From contig CAJXVG010000001.1 in assembly GCA_913061495.1 (NCBI GenBank), forward strand, positions 26,286 through 90,285: a DNA stretch of 64,000 nucleotides, in the 5' to 3' direction. Position 1 is the stretch's first letter. Every line of letters begins with the position of its first letter. The notes under the pieces were generated by a model that was not told where the DNA came from, searched no databases, and saw only the letters and a program-made list of their open reading frames with translations. The translations under genes and the position numbers were made by a program. The stretch comes from an uncultured Winogradskyella sp. Its GTDB lineage: Bacteria > Bacteroidota > Bacteroidia > Flavobacteriales > Flavobacteriaceae. Below, one piece after another: positions 1 to 12,528 of this stretch.

Positions 1-1772
1 ATACAAACCTTTCTGATTCTAAACGTGCATTTGAATCAGTGACATTTCAAATTAAAAAACGCTTAAAACCCGATGCCTATAACAATAAATATATTGTTAC
101 CGTAAATTCTTATAATTCTAAGGAAGCTTCGGGTAAATTGTTAATTAACATCCAAAAAGATAGTTTAGCAAAAACTCTCAACGTTGACGATGTGTTTTTT
201 ACTTCTGCATCACTTCAAAAGATTCAAAAACCTTTAAATCCTCATCAATTTGATTACGCAAAATATCTTGAATTAAAACAAGTATATCGTCAACTATATT
301 TAAAGCCTAGCGAATTATTGTTGGTTTCAGATTCTAAATCTACCATTTATAGCTTTGCGGATGCGTTGCGAAAAAACATAAACTCAAAACTAATTGAAGC
401 CGGATTTAAAGACGAATCGCTAAGCATAATTAATGCTTTGCTTCTTGGCCAAAAGCAAACCATTGACAAAACTATTTATAACAATTATGTAAACTCTGGC
501 ACTATTCACATTCTAGCCGTTTCGGGTTTACATGTAGGTATTATTTTATTGATTCTAAATTTTATATTTCAACCTTTACTCTACTTAAAATATGGTCGGT
601 TTCTGCGACCTTTTATTATTGTCATTTTATTGTGGTGCTTTGCTGTAATTGCTGGGTTATCTCCTTCCGTAACTCGTGCTGTTGCTATGTTCAGCATTAT
701 TAGTGTTGCGATGCATCTAAAACGGCCAACCAATATTTACAATACGTTGGTGATTTCAGCATTTCTAATTCTGCTGTTTAAACCCACTTTTTTGTTTGAA
801 GTTGGCTTTCAAATGAGCTATCTCGCAGTTTTGGGCATTGTTAGCGTTCAACCCATTATTTATAAACTATGGAAACCAAAATCTTACGTTACTGATAAAT
901 TTTGGCAGATTTTCACGGTAACCTTAGCGGCACAGGCTGGAGTTGTACCCATTAGTTTGTTTTATTTTCACCAATTTCCTGGATTGTTTTTTATTTCGAA
1001 TTTAGTCGTGATTCCTTTTTTGGGCTTGATTCTCGGTTTTGGGATTTTGATTATTATTTTGGCTTTGTTGAATATACTACCAGATTTTATGGTTGTAGCA
1101 TACAGTTTTATCATTGATAGTTTAAACGGCTTTATTGGTTGGGTTGCTCAATTTGAAGATTTTTTGTTTCGGGATATTCCGTTTACATTGCTTCAAGTAA
1201 TTTTTGCTTACTTGATTGTTATTGCGTTAGTTCAAGTTTATAAATACCGGAATTTTAAATGGGTAACACTAAGTCTTATTGCTGTAATTGGATTTCAATC
1301 TGTTTTGTTTTTTAATAAGTACTCAAATCAAAACGCTGCATTTGTAATTTTTAATAAGAGCAGGTATTCTTTAATAGGGCAAAAACATAATTCGGAATTA
1401 TCAATCCATCACAACCTCGATTCTGTTAAGCTCAAAACTGATAATGTGATTAAAAATTACAACGTGGGTGAAAATATTAAACACGTAAAGTTAGATCATT
1501 TACAATCCGTTTACCAATATAAAAACAATACTATTTTAGTGATTGATAGTTTGGGTATTTATAATGGAGTTTCATTTCAACCAAAATATATTTTGCTCAG
1601 AAATTCCCCAAAACTGAATCTCAATCGGGTTTTAGACAGCCTTAAACCCAAAGAGGTTATTGCTGATGCCAGCAACTATAAATCTTACATAAAACGTTGG
1701 AAAGCCACTTGTAAAAACAAAAAAATCCCTTTTCACCAAACCAGTGAAAAGGGAGCATTTATCATTGAGTGA
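1..1772 (+). CDS. comEC: ComEC/Rec2 family competence membrane protein (5' end before window)
   Basis: NPHQFDY motif, G.IHILAVSGLHVG and SVTRA motifs, many TM helices; frame is open back to the window edge. Confidence 0.9.
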   Translation, partial: TNLSDSKRAFESVTFQIKKRLKPDAYNNKYIVTVNSYNSKEASGKLLINIQKDSLAKTLNVDDVFFTSASLQKIQKPLNPHQFDYAKYLELKQVYRQLYLKPSELLLVSDSKSTIYSFADALRKNINSKLIEAGFKDESLSIINALLLGQKQTIDKTIYNNYVNSGTIHILAVSGLHVGIILLILNFIFQPLLYLKYGRFLRPFIIVILLWCFAVIAGLSPSVTRAVAMFSIISVAMHLKRPTNIYNTLVISAFLILLFKPTFLFEVGFQMSYLAVLGIVSVQPIIYKLWKPKSYVTDKFWQIFTVTLAAQAGVVPISLFYFHQFPGLFFISNLVVIPFLGLILGFGILIIILALLNILPDFMVVAYSFIIDSLNGFIGWVAQFEDFLFRDIPFTLLQVIFAYLIVIALVQVYKYRNFKWVTLSLIAVIGFQSVLFFNKYSNQNAAFVIFNKSRYSLIGQKHNSELSIHHNLDSVKLKTDNVIKNYNVGENIKHVKLDHLQSVYQYKNNTILVIDSLGIYNGVSFQPKYILLRNSPKLNLNRVLDSLKPKEVIADASNYKSYIKRWKATCKNKKIPFHQTSEKGAFIIE

Positions 1773-1778
1773 TTTTGC

Positions 1779-2333
1779 TTATTTACTTTTAAAACTTGGC
1801 TCAAAAGCTTTAAAATATTCATTAAACTGCTCTTGTGTCTTCATTTCTTTATACTTATCTGTTTTAAAAAGCTTTAAGTACAATTCTAAACCTTGAGGTT
1901 TTTGATAACCTTTTATAGGTGCTATAAAATTAGCTTGTTCATCAAAAAACACAATTGTTGGATAGGCAGAAACCTTTAAGAAACGAGAAAATTCGTGTAC
2001 ACTATTTCTTCTGCTAGACTTTGAAGCATCGTAATTGGGATTTGAAAAAGTCTTGTCTTTATAAGTAACTTCTGAGTTTCCTTCCGCATTAAATTTTACC
2101 GCATAAAAATGCTCATTAACATAATTGGCAACATCCTTATTCTGAAATGTATTTTTATCTAACATTTTACATGGTCCACACCAATTGGTATAGACATCCA
2201 TCATTATCTTTTTGGGTTTTTTCTTTTGAAGCTCCATCGCCTCGTCTAATGTAACCCAATTAATCTGTTGTGCTACCGTAGTAAATGCTAAGGCAAATAC
2301 AAACACTAATCCTAAAGTTATTTTTTTCATCAT
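1779..2333 (-). CDS. Exported thioredoxin-family protein
   Basis: Signal peptide ending AQ; WCGPC active site; AYPT cis-Pro motif. Confidence 0.85.
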   Translation of the reverse strand: MMKKITLGLVFVFALAFTTVAQQINWVTLDEAMELQKKKPKKIMMDVYTNWCGPCKMLDKNTFQNKDVANYVNEHFYAVKFNAEGNSEVTYKDKTFSNPNYDASKSSRRNSVHEFSRFLKVSAYPTIVFFDEQANFIAPIKGYQKPQGLELYLKLFKTDKYKEMKTQEQFNEYFKAFEPSFKSK

Positions 2334-2369
2334 AATCTACTAGTTGCAAATCTTGTTCCGAACTTACAA

Positions 2370-2395
2370 AAAATGCCCCTAAATAGGAGCATTTT
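2370..2395 (-). terminator. Probable intrinsic terminator after POT transporter
   Basis: Imperfect inverted repeat AAAATGC..GCATTTT with A/T tracts. Confidence 0.45.
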
Positions 2396-2415
2396 AAGTT
2401 ATTTTAACGGATTTC

Positions 2416-4008
2416 TTATCTGATACCGTGCATCATTCTAATTAATGTTTTATTTAAGATCAACATAATAATTCCCGCTCCAACAGGCACAGCGGTGAAT
2501 AATAAAAAGAACGTACTCATACCATATTCTTCAACAATTGGATCGATATAACTACCTGTCCAACCAGCAGTTAAATTCGCTATGAAGTTTGCCACAAACC
2601 ACACACCAAACATTAAACCAACTAGCTTAAGTGGCGCTAACTTACTTACGTAAGATAAACCAACAGGTGATACACAGAGTTCACCAAGTGTATGAAATAA
2701 ATACGCTAGAATTAAGAAAATCATACTCACTGATGCTGTTTTTGCGCCTAAAGGAATTCCCATAGAGCCATAAGCTAAAATACCAAACCCTAATCCTAAT
2801 AGTATCAACCCTATGGCAAACTTAACAGGTCCTGATGGATTATATCTACTCTCCCATACTTTTGAAAACAATGGAGCAAAAGCAATTATAAAGAATGAAT
2901 TAAGGATACCAAACCAAGAGGCGGGAACTTCTGATTCTTCTGAATTAAACTCTTTGTTTAACATCCATATTACAATTCCCCAAATAATCACAAAACTTGT
3001 TCCCAATAGTAGATTGGATAAAGCATATTTTGAAAATGTTTGTTTAAATAGCATCAATAAAACCCATGTTATTATCAACATTGGTATTACGGTCAATAAT
3101 GTATTAAAAATCTTAAAGGTTACTGCTCCCTCTCCAGTTAAAACTCTATCTGTATAGTCAGCTGCAAAAACTGTCATTGAACCACCAGCTTGCTCAAACG
3201 CCCACCAGAAAAATATAGTAAAGAAGGCAAATACACCAATTACCTTTAAACGGTCGGATGTTATTTTAGATTTTTCAGCTTCATCAGCAACCTCTTCTAA
3301 AATATCTTTTGTCTCTTCAACAGAATCTTCTACAGCATCGTCAAAGTCTTGAGCATCTTTTGGTGATAGACCTATTTTTCCAAAAATCTTCTGGGCGAAA
3401 TAAAACTGTAACATCCCAAAGAACATAAAAACACCAGCAAGTCCAAATCCATAATGCCAACCTACTTTTTCACCGATATAACCACATAACAGAATACCTA
3501 AAAAAGCACCTGCATTAATACCCATATAAAAAATTGTATAGCCTGAATCCTTCTCCTTGCCTTGACTTTTATATAACTGCCCAACCATTGAAGAAATGTT
3601 TGGCTTAAACATTCCGTTACCAATAATTAACAAGCCTAAACCTAAATAAAAGAAAGCATCAGCCGTAACCTCCAATGCCATTGATGCATGACCTAGAGTC
3701 ATTAATAAAGCACCTATAACTACAGCATTTCTGTAACCAGTAAATTTATCAGCGATAAAACCACCTATTATTGGTGTAATATATACTAAACCTGTATACC
3801 ATCCATAAAGCAAAAGAGCTTCGGATCGTTCCCAGCCCCAACCGCCATCACCTAAAATAGCAGCAGTTAAAAAAAGCACTAATAGTGCTCGCATTCCATA
3901 ATATGAGAAACGTTCCCACATTTCGGTAAAGAACAATACGAATAAACCCGATGGGTGACCTAAAACGGTCTTTTGATTAGTTGCAGAACCTCCAAATTTG
4001 AATTCCAT
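2416..4008 (-). CDS. POT/PTR family proton-dependent oligopeptide transporter (MFS)
   Basis: GHP.GL..LFFTEMWERFSYYGMRA (ExxERFxYY) motif, FKPNIS, many TM helices. Confidence 0.95.
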   Translation of the reverse strand: MEFKFGGSATNQKTVLGHPSGLFVLFFTEMWERFSYYGMRALLVLFLTAAILGDGGWGWERSEALLLYGWYTGLVYITPIIGGFIADKFTGYRNAVVIGALLMTLGHASMALEVTADAFFYLGLGLLIIGNGMFKPNISSMVGQLYKSQGKEKDSGYTIFYMGINAGAFLGILLCGYIGEKVGWHYGFGLAGVFMFFGMLQFYFAQKIFGKIGLSPKDAQDFDDAVEDSVEETKDILEEVADEAEKSKITSDRLKVIGVFAFFTIFFWWAFEQAGGSMTVFAADYTDRVLTGEGAVTFKIFNTLLTVIPMLIITWVLLMLFKQTFSKYALSNLLLGTSFVIIWGIVIWMLNKEFNSEESEVPASWFGILNSFFIIAFAPLFSKVWESRYNPSGPVKFAIGLILLGLGFGILAYGSMGIPLGAKTASVSMIFLILAYLFHTLGELCVSPVGLSYVSKLAPLKLVGLMFGVWFVANFIANLTAGWTGSYIDPIVEEYGMSTFFLLFTAVPVGAGIIMLILNKTLIRMMHGIR

Positions 4009-4034
4009 ATATAATTATTTAATTAGTAGTTAGT

Positions 4035-6275
4035 TTAGCCTTTAATTTTAGATGACATTTTACCTTTTTTACTATTCATCTCTCTTTTATCACCTAGAGT
4101 TTCGTGAATAAAATTAGTCATCTTTTTATATAAATGAAGTCTTGTGTTTCCTCCGTAAATACCGTGATTTTTATCAGGATATATCATCCATTCAAACTGT
4201 TTGTCTGCTTGTATTAAAGCTTCAACCATTCTCATGGTATTTTGTACATGGACATTATCATCTCCAGAACCATGGATTAACAAAAAGTCACCTTTAAGTT
4301 TATCTACATGATTAATTGGTGAGTTTTCATCATAGCCACTTGGATTTTCTTGTGGAGTTGTCATATAACGCTCCGTATAGATAGTATCATAAAATCTCCA
4401 ACTTGTAACTGGTGCCACAGAAATTGCCATTTTAAAAACATCGTTACCTTTAAACAATGCATTACTACTCATGTAACCACCATAACTCCAGCCCCAAATA
4501 CCAATACGCTCTTCATCAATATAGTTTCGATTTCCTAATTTTTTAGCTGCTGTTATTTGGTCTTCCAACTCATATTTGCCCAATTCGTTTTGTGTCACTT
4601 TTTTAAAGTCCGCACCTTTAAAACCAGTTCCACGTCCATCGACACAAGCTATAATATAACCTTGTTGTGCCAACATCTGATACCAATAATCGTTTGCTCC
4701 ATTCCACCGGTTTGCTACTTGTTGAGAGCCTGGACCAGAATACTGAAACATAAATAAAGGATAGGTTTTATTTGCATCAAAATTGGCAGGCTTAATCATC
4801 CACATGTTTAAATCATTACCATTTACATTAATGGTACTGAATTCCTTCTTTGAAATATTATAGTTGTCTAACTTTTGAGCTATGCCTTTATTCTCTACAA
4901 TTGTTTTTATAACCTCACCAGACTCTGCATTGTTCAGTGTATATTTTGGTGGTGTTGTTGCACTAGAAAAAGTGTTTATAAAATAAGTAAAGTTTGAACT
5001 AAAGGATGCACTATTGGTTCCTTCATTTATTGTTAATCGTTTTTTGTTTTTACCATTCAATTTTATGGAATATACATCGCGATTAATTGAGCCATTCTCT
5101 GTAGATTGATAGTAAATAGTATTGGCATCTTCATTAAACCCGTAATAATTGGTAACCTCCCAATTACCTTCTGTTACTTGATTAATTAATTTTCCGTTTT
5201 TAGAATAGTGATAGATATGGTTAAATCCATCTTTTTCACTCGTCCAAATAAAACTGTTGTCTTCTAGAAATGTAAGGTTAAATGTAACGTCTACATAAGC
5301 TTTATCTTTTTCTGAAAGGACTAATTTTGATGTTGAATTGTCAGTATCTAAAAACCATAAGTCTAATTCATTCTGATGACGATTCATGTATTGAACACTT
5401 AGTACGTTATCCTCATTAGTCCATTTTAATCTCGGAATATAAAAGTCTTCATATTGCTTATCGACACTTAGTTCTGAAAGCTTATTAGACTCTAAATCAA
5501 ACAAATGCAATGACACTTTAGAATTGGCTTCACCAGCTTTTGGGTACTTAAAAACATTTTGTGTCTGGTATAAATCTGAACCGTAAACATCCATTGAGAA
5601 TTCTGGCACTTCGGTTTCATCAAACCTAATGAAAGCTATTTGATCGCTATCTGCACTCCAATCAAACGCTCTTACATAACTGAATTCTTCTTCGTAAACC
5701 CAATCTGTAATTCCGTTTATAATTTCATTTTTAACACCATCAGATGTCAATTGTTTCACTTCTCCAGATTTTAAATCTTTTACATACAGATTGTTCTCAA
5801 AACCATAAGCAATTTTTGTGGCATCTGGTGATAACGTTGGCTCTTGCACCATATTATCAGATACTTTAGTCACTTCTTTTGAAGCTATGTCATATACGTA
5901 ATATTCACCTAAGGTAGAACGTCTAAAAATAGGTTTTGAATTTGTTGTGAGAATGATTTTAGATTCGTCATCACTAAAAGAATAATCCGAAAAACCTTGA
6001 ATCTCTGCAATGTCTCCAGAAGACACTAAAGTTTTTACTTTTTCTAAAGTCTCGTAATCGTAAATATCTATGGTTGAAGTTCTGCTTTGCCTATCAAAAT
6101 TTAGGACCGAATATTGCTTTCCATTATTCATAGAATGAAGGGCTTGCATGCCTTCCGTTCTAAACTGTCCGCTCCAAATTTCTTCGAGTGTAATTTCTCT
6201 TTGTTGCCCATAAACCAAGGCTGTAGTTAAAAAGCCAACTATAGCTACAAAACGTCTTAATTGCATATGTGTCAT
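4035..6275 (-). CDS. Dipeptidyl peptidase IV (S9B family)
   Basis: DWVYEEE, GWSYGG catalytic Ser, DDNVH, catalytic His in KNHGI; signal peptide. Confidence 0.95.
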   Translation of the reverse strand: MTHMQLRRFVAIVGFLTTALVYGQQREITLEEIWSGQFRTEGMQALHSMNNGKQYSVLNFDRQSRTSTIDIYDYETLEKVKTLVSSGDIAEIQGFSDYSFSDDESKIILTTNSKPIFRRSTLGEYYVYDIASKEVTKVSDNMVQEPTLSPDATKIAYGFENNLYVKDLKSGEVKQLTSDGVKNEIINGITDWVYEEEFSYVRAFDWSADSDQIAFIRFDETEVPEFSMDVYGSDLYQTQNVFKYPKAGEANSKVSLHLFDLESNKLSELSVDKQYEDFYIPRLKWTNEDNVLSVQYMNRHQNELDLWFLDTDNSTSKLVLSEKDKAYVDVTFNLTFLEDNSFIWTSEKDGFNHIYHYSKNGKLINQVTEGNWEVTNYYGFNEDANTIYYQSTENGSINRDVYSIKLNGKNKKRLTINEGTNSASFSSNFTYFINTFSSATTPPKYTLNNAESGEVIKTIVENKGIAQKLDNYNISKKEFSTINVNGNDLNMWMIKPANFDANKTYPLFMFQYSGPGSQQVANRWNGANDYWYQMLAQQGYIIACVDGRGTGFKGADFKKVTQNELGKYELEDQITAAKKLGNRNYIDEERIGIWGWSYGGYMSSNALFKGNDVFKMAISVAPVTSWRFYDTIYTERYMTTPQENPSGYDENSPINHVDKLKGDFLLIHGSGDDNVHVQNTMRMVEALIQADKQFEWMIYPDKNHGIYGGNTRLHLYKKMTNFIHETLGDKREMNSKKGKMSSKIKG

Positions 6276-6386
6276 TTTTCAATAAAGCAATGCCAAGTTT
6301 ACTAAAAATTATGCAAAAAATCACTATTATTTAGAGTAAATCGGCAATTATAAAAGTTTAAGGACACAATTTATGCCAATCCTAAG

Positions 6387-6394
6387 TATCTTTG
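6387..6394 (+). promoter_or_regulatory. Bacteroidetes sigma70 -7 element (TATCTTTG)
   Basis: Matches TAnnTTTG consensus; implies the true start is ATG 6416, not TTG 6392. Confidence 0.6.
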
Positions 6395-6415
6395 TGTTTT
6401 AAATTTAATTACTAC

Positions 6416-7717
6416 ATGTACAACCCAATTTCTGGCTTTTCAAAACTTTCAAAAACCGAAAAGGTTAAATGGCTTTTAGACACTTATTTTACAAATAAAG
6501 ATCAAGCTGAAACTTTAGTAACACAATATTGGAATTCTGACCAAAAACTTCAGAAGTTACATGACGAATTTATAGAAAACACAATAACCAACTACTATCT
6601 TCCGCTTGGTGTTGCACCGAATTTTAAAATCAACAACCAGCTTTACACCATTCCCATGGCGATTGAAGAAAGTTCTGTTGTAGCTGCAGCAAGTAAAGCT
6701 GCTAAGTTTTGGCTCAACAGAGGCGGATTTAAAGCTGAAGTAATTTCAACAGAAAAAATTGGGCAAGTTCATTTTACTTATACTGGTAATTTTGAAAATC
6801 TTGAACGTTTTTTCAATTCTGTCAAACCTCAATTAATTTCGTCCACAACTCATATTACCAATAACATGAAACGTAGAGGTGGCGGAATTTTAGATATTGA
6901 ATTAAGAAATAAAACAGAAGAATTAAAAGATTACTACCAACTCCATGCAACCTTTGAAACTTTGGATGCCATGGGAGCTAATTTTATAAACTCATGTTTA
7001 GAGCAGTTTGCGGAAACATTAAAAAACGAAGCTGATAAATCACTTAACGGACAATTAGATATTGTGATGAGCATTTTGTCTAACTATGTGCCAAATTGTT
7101 TAGTACGCGCTGAAGTTTCATGCCCAATTTCAGAATTAAAAAGTAAAGACATTTCAAAACCTGAGTTGTTTGCCCTAAAATTCAAGCAAGCCGTCAGCAT
7201 AGCAGAAGTTGAACCTTATAGAGCTGTAACACACAATAAAGGTATTATGAATGGTATAGACGCTGTGGTTTTAGCCACCGGAAATGATTTTAGGGCAGTT
7301 GAGGCAGGAGTTCACGCGTATGCTGCCCGAAATGGTAATTATACAAGTTTAACACACTGCGCTATTGATGATGACGTTTTTAAGTTTTGGGTTGAAATAC
7401 CATTAGCTTTAGGAACCGTTGGTGGTTTAACCAATTTACATCCTTTAGTCAAATTTTCTTTAGAATTATTAGAAAATCCATCAGCCAAAGACTTAATGAA
7501 AGTAGTTGCAGTTGCTGGACTGGCACAAAATTTTGCCGCAGTAAAATCACTAACCACAACTGGTATACAAGAAGGGCATATGAAGATGCATCTAATTAAT
7601 ATTCTCAATCAGTATGAGGCTACTGAGAATGAGAAAAGTGAACTCATTACATATTTTAAAACTAACGTGGTAACACATAGTGCAGTTGTTGAAGCTATTG
7701 AGAATATCAGGAAGTAA
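6416..7717 (+). CDS. mvaA: Hydroxymethylglutaryl-CoA reductase (class II)
   Basis: ENTI, PMAIEESSVVAA, DAMGAN, HNKGIMNG, GHMKMH motifs. Confidence 0.92.
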   Translation: MYNPISGFSKLSKTEKVKWLLDTYFTNKDQAETLVTQYWNSDQKLQKLHDEFIENTITNYYLPLGVAPNFKINNQLYTIPMAIEESSVVAAASKAAKFWLNRGGFKAEVISTEKIGQVHFTYTGNFENLERFFNSVKPQLISSTTHITNNMKRRGGGILDIELRNKTEELKDYYQLHATFETLDAMGANFINSCLEQFAETLKNEADKSLNGQLDIVMSILSNYVPNCLVRAEVSCPISELKSKDISKPELFALKFKQAVSIAEVEPYRAVTHNKGIMNGIDAVVLATGNDFRAVEAGVHAYAARNGNYTSLTHCAIDDDVFKFWVEIPLALGTVGGLTNLHPLVKFSLELLENPSAKDLMKVVAVAGLAQNFAAVKSLTTTGIQEGHMKMHLINILNQYEATENEKSELITYFKTNVVTHSAVVEAIENIRK

Positions 7718-7761
7718 ATTACTCTAAAAAACTTTTTGGTACAACTGTAGAACAGAACCTA

Positions 7762-8688
7762 TTGGATTTGAACAAAAAAACATATAGAAGCAACGGCAAA
7801 TTATTACTCACAGGTGAGTATGTTGTTCTCGATGGCGCAAGAGCTTTGGCTTTACCTACTACATACGGCCAGAGCCTCATTGTACAACCTAAGAATTCAA
7901 ATACTATAAACTGGAAGAGTTATAATGAATTGAATGACGTTTGGTATAAGGATGAGTTTTTGCTTGAGGACAATGAGATTCTGAAACAAGGTCAGAATGG
8001 CAACGCGGTTTCAAATCGATTAATTGAAATATTAATTGCTGCTAAAACATTAAATCCTCACTTTTTAAATGAAAAGGAGGGTTTCGATATTGCTACGCAT
8101 CAAGATTTTAATCGACTTTGGGGATTGGGCACATCTTCTACTCTAATCAATAATATTGCGGATTGGGCTAAAGTTGATGCCTATAAACTTCTCAATAAAA
8201 CTTTTGGTGGTAGTGGTTATGATATTGCTTGTGCAAAACACAATACTGCCATAACGTTTCGTCTAAAAAATAACAGGGAACCATTGGTTAATTCTGTTAA
8301 ATTTAATCCATCTTTTAAAAATCAGCTGTATTTTGTGTATCTCAATCAGAAACAAAATAGCAGAGATGGAATTGCTTCTTATAAAAAATTAAGCAAGCTT
8401 AATAACTCAATTATTGAGGAAATTAATAATATTACTGATGCTATTATTAAAACAGAAACACTTTCAGGGTTTAATGCTCTAATTGATTCTCATGAGGCTA
8501 TCATTTCAAAATTAATTCAGCAAGACACTGTAAAATCAAAATTTTTCAAAGATTTTAAAGGCTCTGTTAAAAGTTTAGGTGCTTGGGGAGGTGACTTTGT
8601 CTTAGTGACTTCTGAGGCTGAACCTAGCAGTTACTTTAAATCTAAAGGTTTTGACACTGTCATACCATATTCAAACATGGTTTTGTAA
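7762..8688 (+). CDS. GHMP kinase (GYDIA family; mevalonate-pathway kinase)
   Basis: GKLLLTGEY, GLGTSS, GSGYDIA, KSLGAWGGD motifs; next to HMG-CoA reductase. Confidence 0.88.
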   Translation: MDLNKKTYRSNGKLLLTGEYVVLDGARALALPTTYGQSLIVQPKNSNTINWKSYNELNDVWYKDEFLLEDNEILKQGQNGNAVSNRLIEILIAAKTLNPHFLNEKEGFDIATHQDFNRLWGLGTSSTLINNIADWAKVDAYKLLNKTFGGSGYDIACAKHNTAITFRLKNNREPLVNSVKFNPSFKNQLYFVYLNQKQNSRDGIASYKKLSKLNNSIIEEINNITDAIIKTETLSGFNALIDSHEAIISKLIQQDTVKSKFFKDFKGSVKSLGAWGGDFVLVTSEAEPSSYFKSKGFDTVIPYSNMVL

Positions 8689-8710
8689 ACAATCTGGATA
8701 TATAAATTAA

Positions 8711-8739
8711 AAAAGGCTTCACGTATTGTGAAGCCTTTT
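8711..8739. terminator. Bidirectional intrinsic terminator
   Basis: Perfect 12-bp inverted repeat AAAAGGCTTCAC/GTGAAGCCTTTT between convergent genes. Confidence 0.85.
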
Positions 8740-8763
8740 CTATATAATATTAATATCAACAGT

Positions 8764-10911
8764 TTAGTAAACTGTTTTTGCTCTGTTATCTTCAATTTCA
8801 GCAGCCTCCTCTAGCGCTTGGTAAACTTTATTCTGAACCGTGTTTTTACGTGCAGTATTCAACCTATTCATTATAGAGGTGTAATTATCTAATTTTGTAG
8901 CTTCATTGATTTTTGTTACCTCTACAACGTAAACACCTTTTGAACCATCAATTGGCTTAGACGTTTTACCTTCACTTAAACCAAATGCAGCACCAATAAC
9001 TTTAGGCTCTTGACCAGCGCCAGAAAGTGTTGTATTATTCATTGTTACAGCAGCAGCTGTTCTTGGGCTTTGCCCTTGATTTTTAGCAATGTCATCAATT
9101 GTATATGCTGTGATTTTTTCACGAATCATTTTTGCCTTCTTTTCTTTTCTTATTTCTGGCAAGGCTGTTACTGAAGCATCTTCTACATTCATTAATCCCT
9201 CTTCATTTTTCTCAACCACTTTAGCTACTACAAATCCATAGCCTGCTATAGGGAAATTTTTATAGTCACCGACTTCTGTGTCTTCCTCAAATGCCCAACG
9301 TACTATTGGTCTTTGGCTTCCCAAACCTGGAATGTTTTCATCAAGCTCTTTAAAAGTAACTGGTTTTACTGTTAAATCACGTTCTTTAGCAAGTGCATTA
9401 AAATCACCGTCTTTGGCTGCAATTTCAAATTTAGACATTCGGTTGAAAACATCTTGAAGTGTTTCTTCAGAAGGTTCAATTCTGTCAGCAAGTGTTGCTA
9501 ATTTAATTGTTTTATTAAAATTGCTTTGGTCTAAGACTTCAATAACATGAAAACCAAAAGATGTTTCTACTGCATCGATAGCTCCCTCTTTATTATCAAA
9601 ACCGTAAGCTTTGAATTCTGGTGCAAAAGAAGAATTGTATGCCATTTCAATTTCACCATCACTTTCGTTACTTACTTTATCTGAAGATAGTTCTAACAAA
9701 TCCATAAACTTGGTACCGCTTTTGATTTTGTTTAAGATACTATCTGCCGTTTTCTCAGCTTCCTCTCTAGTTTTAGTTATAGATGCATCTGCTCTGGTAG
9801 TACCAACGTATGGCACTAAAATATGGCGAACTTTTACAGAATCTGGACGTTGCTCTATAGCAATTGCCTTAGACAATTTAAAATATTCTCCATCTTTATA
9901 AGGACCGTAGTATTCACCAACTTCTAAATCCATTAAACTATCCTTAGCTGTAGCAGGCAATTGTGATGCTCTTAAATAGACATCGTTATATTTTAAATCA
10001 GAATTTGTGTTAATAAAGTTCTCTACATTATCTGCAGAGTCAAAACCAGCAATAGTATCAGTGGATTCAGTGATATCACTATATTCTACTCTATCATTTA
10101 TTAAGCTTCTTAAGTTAGCTTTAATGGCATCTTCATCCTTTTTTGAAGCTTCTTCCTTAAATTCTACATAAACCACTTCTCTGCTTGCATCAACTTTAAA
10201 TTTCTTTTCGTTCTTTTTAATGTAGTCCTTAATTTCACTTTTGGATACTTTTACAGTGCTGTCTGCAATTGTTGCATAAGGAATTTGCACGTATTTTAAA
10301 TCTACCGTTTTAGCATCTGCAAAATACTCATCCTCTGCTTCAGAAATCGTAGCACCAACACCAGCTTTTATCATGTTGTAGTAACTTTGCTGCATTGCGT
10401 TTGTTGCTATCGTTTGCTCATTGTTTGTCCAGCTTTCATAGTTAACCTGAAAGTTACTTAACGGTACAGCTTCAGGCTGCACATCCTTTAAATTTGAAAT
10501 AAATGCGTTTAGACGATTCACATCAAAATTTCCATTTTCATCTTGAAACTCTGGATATGAAGAAAAACTTGTTTTTAACAGGTTTCTCATTTCATCTTTC
10601 TCTACAGACAAACCGATTTTTTCAAACTCTGACTCAAGAATTATTTTACGTAATTCTTGGTTGTAGATAGCATTCATTGCCTGTGTAGAAGTTTGGTTAG
10701 GCCCAACTCTATCTTGGTAATTTTTTACTTTTTGTTGAAATTCTAAACGGTTAATATCTTCACCATTTACGGTAGCTACCACATCTTGTGCTCCACCTGA
10801 AAATGCAGTGGAATTTTTGAACAAATCACCAATTACGAATGAAAACAATGCCAAGGCTATTACCAATATCAATATTAGTGAGCGTTGTCTGATTTTATTT
10901 AAAACTGCCAT
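8764..10911 (-). CDS. SurA/PpiD-type peptidyl-prolyl isomerase chaperone
   Basis: N-terminal TM, SurA-N region, parvulin motifs VKVRHILV and ETSFGFHVI. Confidence 0.88.
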   Translation of the reverse strand: MAVLNKIRQRSLILILVIALALFSFVIGDLFKNSTAFSGGAQDVVATVNGEDINRLEFQQKVKNYQDRVGPNQTSTQAMNAIYNQELRKIILESEFEKIGLSVEKDEMRNLLKTSFSSYPEFQDENGNFDVNRLNAFISNLKDVQPEAVPLSNFQVNYESWTNNEQTIATNAMQQSYYNMIKAGVGATISEAEDEYFADAKTVDLKYVQIPYATIADSTVKVSKSEIKDYIKKNEKKFKVDASREVVYVEFKEEASKKDEDAIKANLRSLINDRVEYSDITESTDTIAGFDSADNVENFINTNSDLKYNDVYLRASQLPATAKDSLMDLEVGEYYGPYKDGEYFKLSKAIAIEQRPDSVKVRHILVPYVGTTRADASITKTREEAEKTADSILNKIKSGTKFMDLLELSSDKVSNESDGEIEMAYNSSFAPEFKAYGFDNKEGAIDAVETSFGFHVIEVLDQSNFNKTIKLATLADRIEPSEETLQDVFNRMSKFEIAAKDGDFNALAKERDLTVKPVTFKELDENIPGLGSQRPIVRWAFEEDTEVGDYKNFPIAGYGFVVAKVVEKNEEGLMNVEDASVTALPEIRKEKKAKMIREKITAYTIDDIAKNQGQSPRTAAAVTMNNTTLSGAGQEPKVIGAAFGLSEGKTSKPIDGSKGVYVVEVTKINEATKLDNYTSIMNRLNTARKNTVQNKVYQALEEAAEIEDNRAKTVY

Positions 10912-11007
10912 TTTACTGTTTTATTTTGTATAAATAAGTCTGCGAAAATAGTATTTTCTAGTAAATAATGAAAGGAGATATCTAGTTTTTATCTTCTAAA
11001 TGATGGA

Positions 11008-12297
<1,290 letters not shown>

Positions 12298-12300
12298 ATA

Positions 12301-12522
12301 TTAGGGTTTGTTTCTGTCTTCAAACTTTTTTCTAAACCGTTTTCTGAAGAAAAACATAAATATGGCCAAGGCTGCAAAGAGCAAGCCCATATAAGCTCGG
12401 TTTCTATCTGTGTTCCAGTTAGTGACAGCTTCGTAAATAAATAAAACTGCTATTATTAAATATGCGTATTGAAAGAATTTTAGTAATTGCATTTTGAAAT
12501 ATAAAGAATGTTTAAGGAACAA
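12301..12522 (-). CDS. Small two-TM membrane protein (start may be the downstream Met)
   Basis: Two hydrophobic helices, basic C-terminus, operonic position. Confidence 0.65.
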   Translation of the reverse strand: MFLKHSLYFKMQLLKFFQYAYLIIAVLFIYEAVTNWNTDRNRAYMGLLFAALAIFMFFFRKRFRKKFEDRNKP

Positions 12523-12528
12523 AGATAG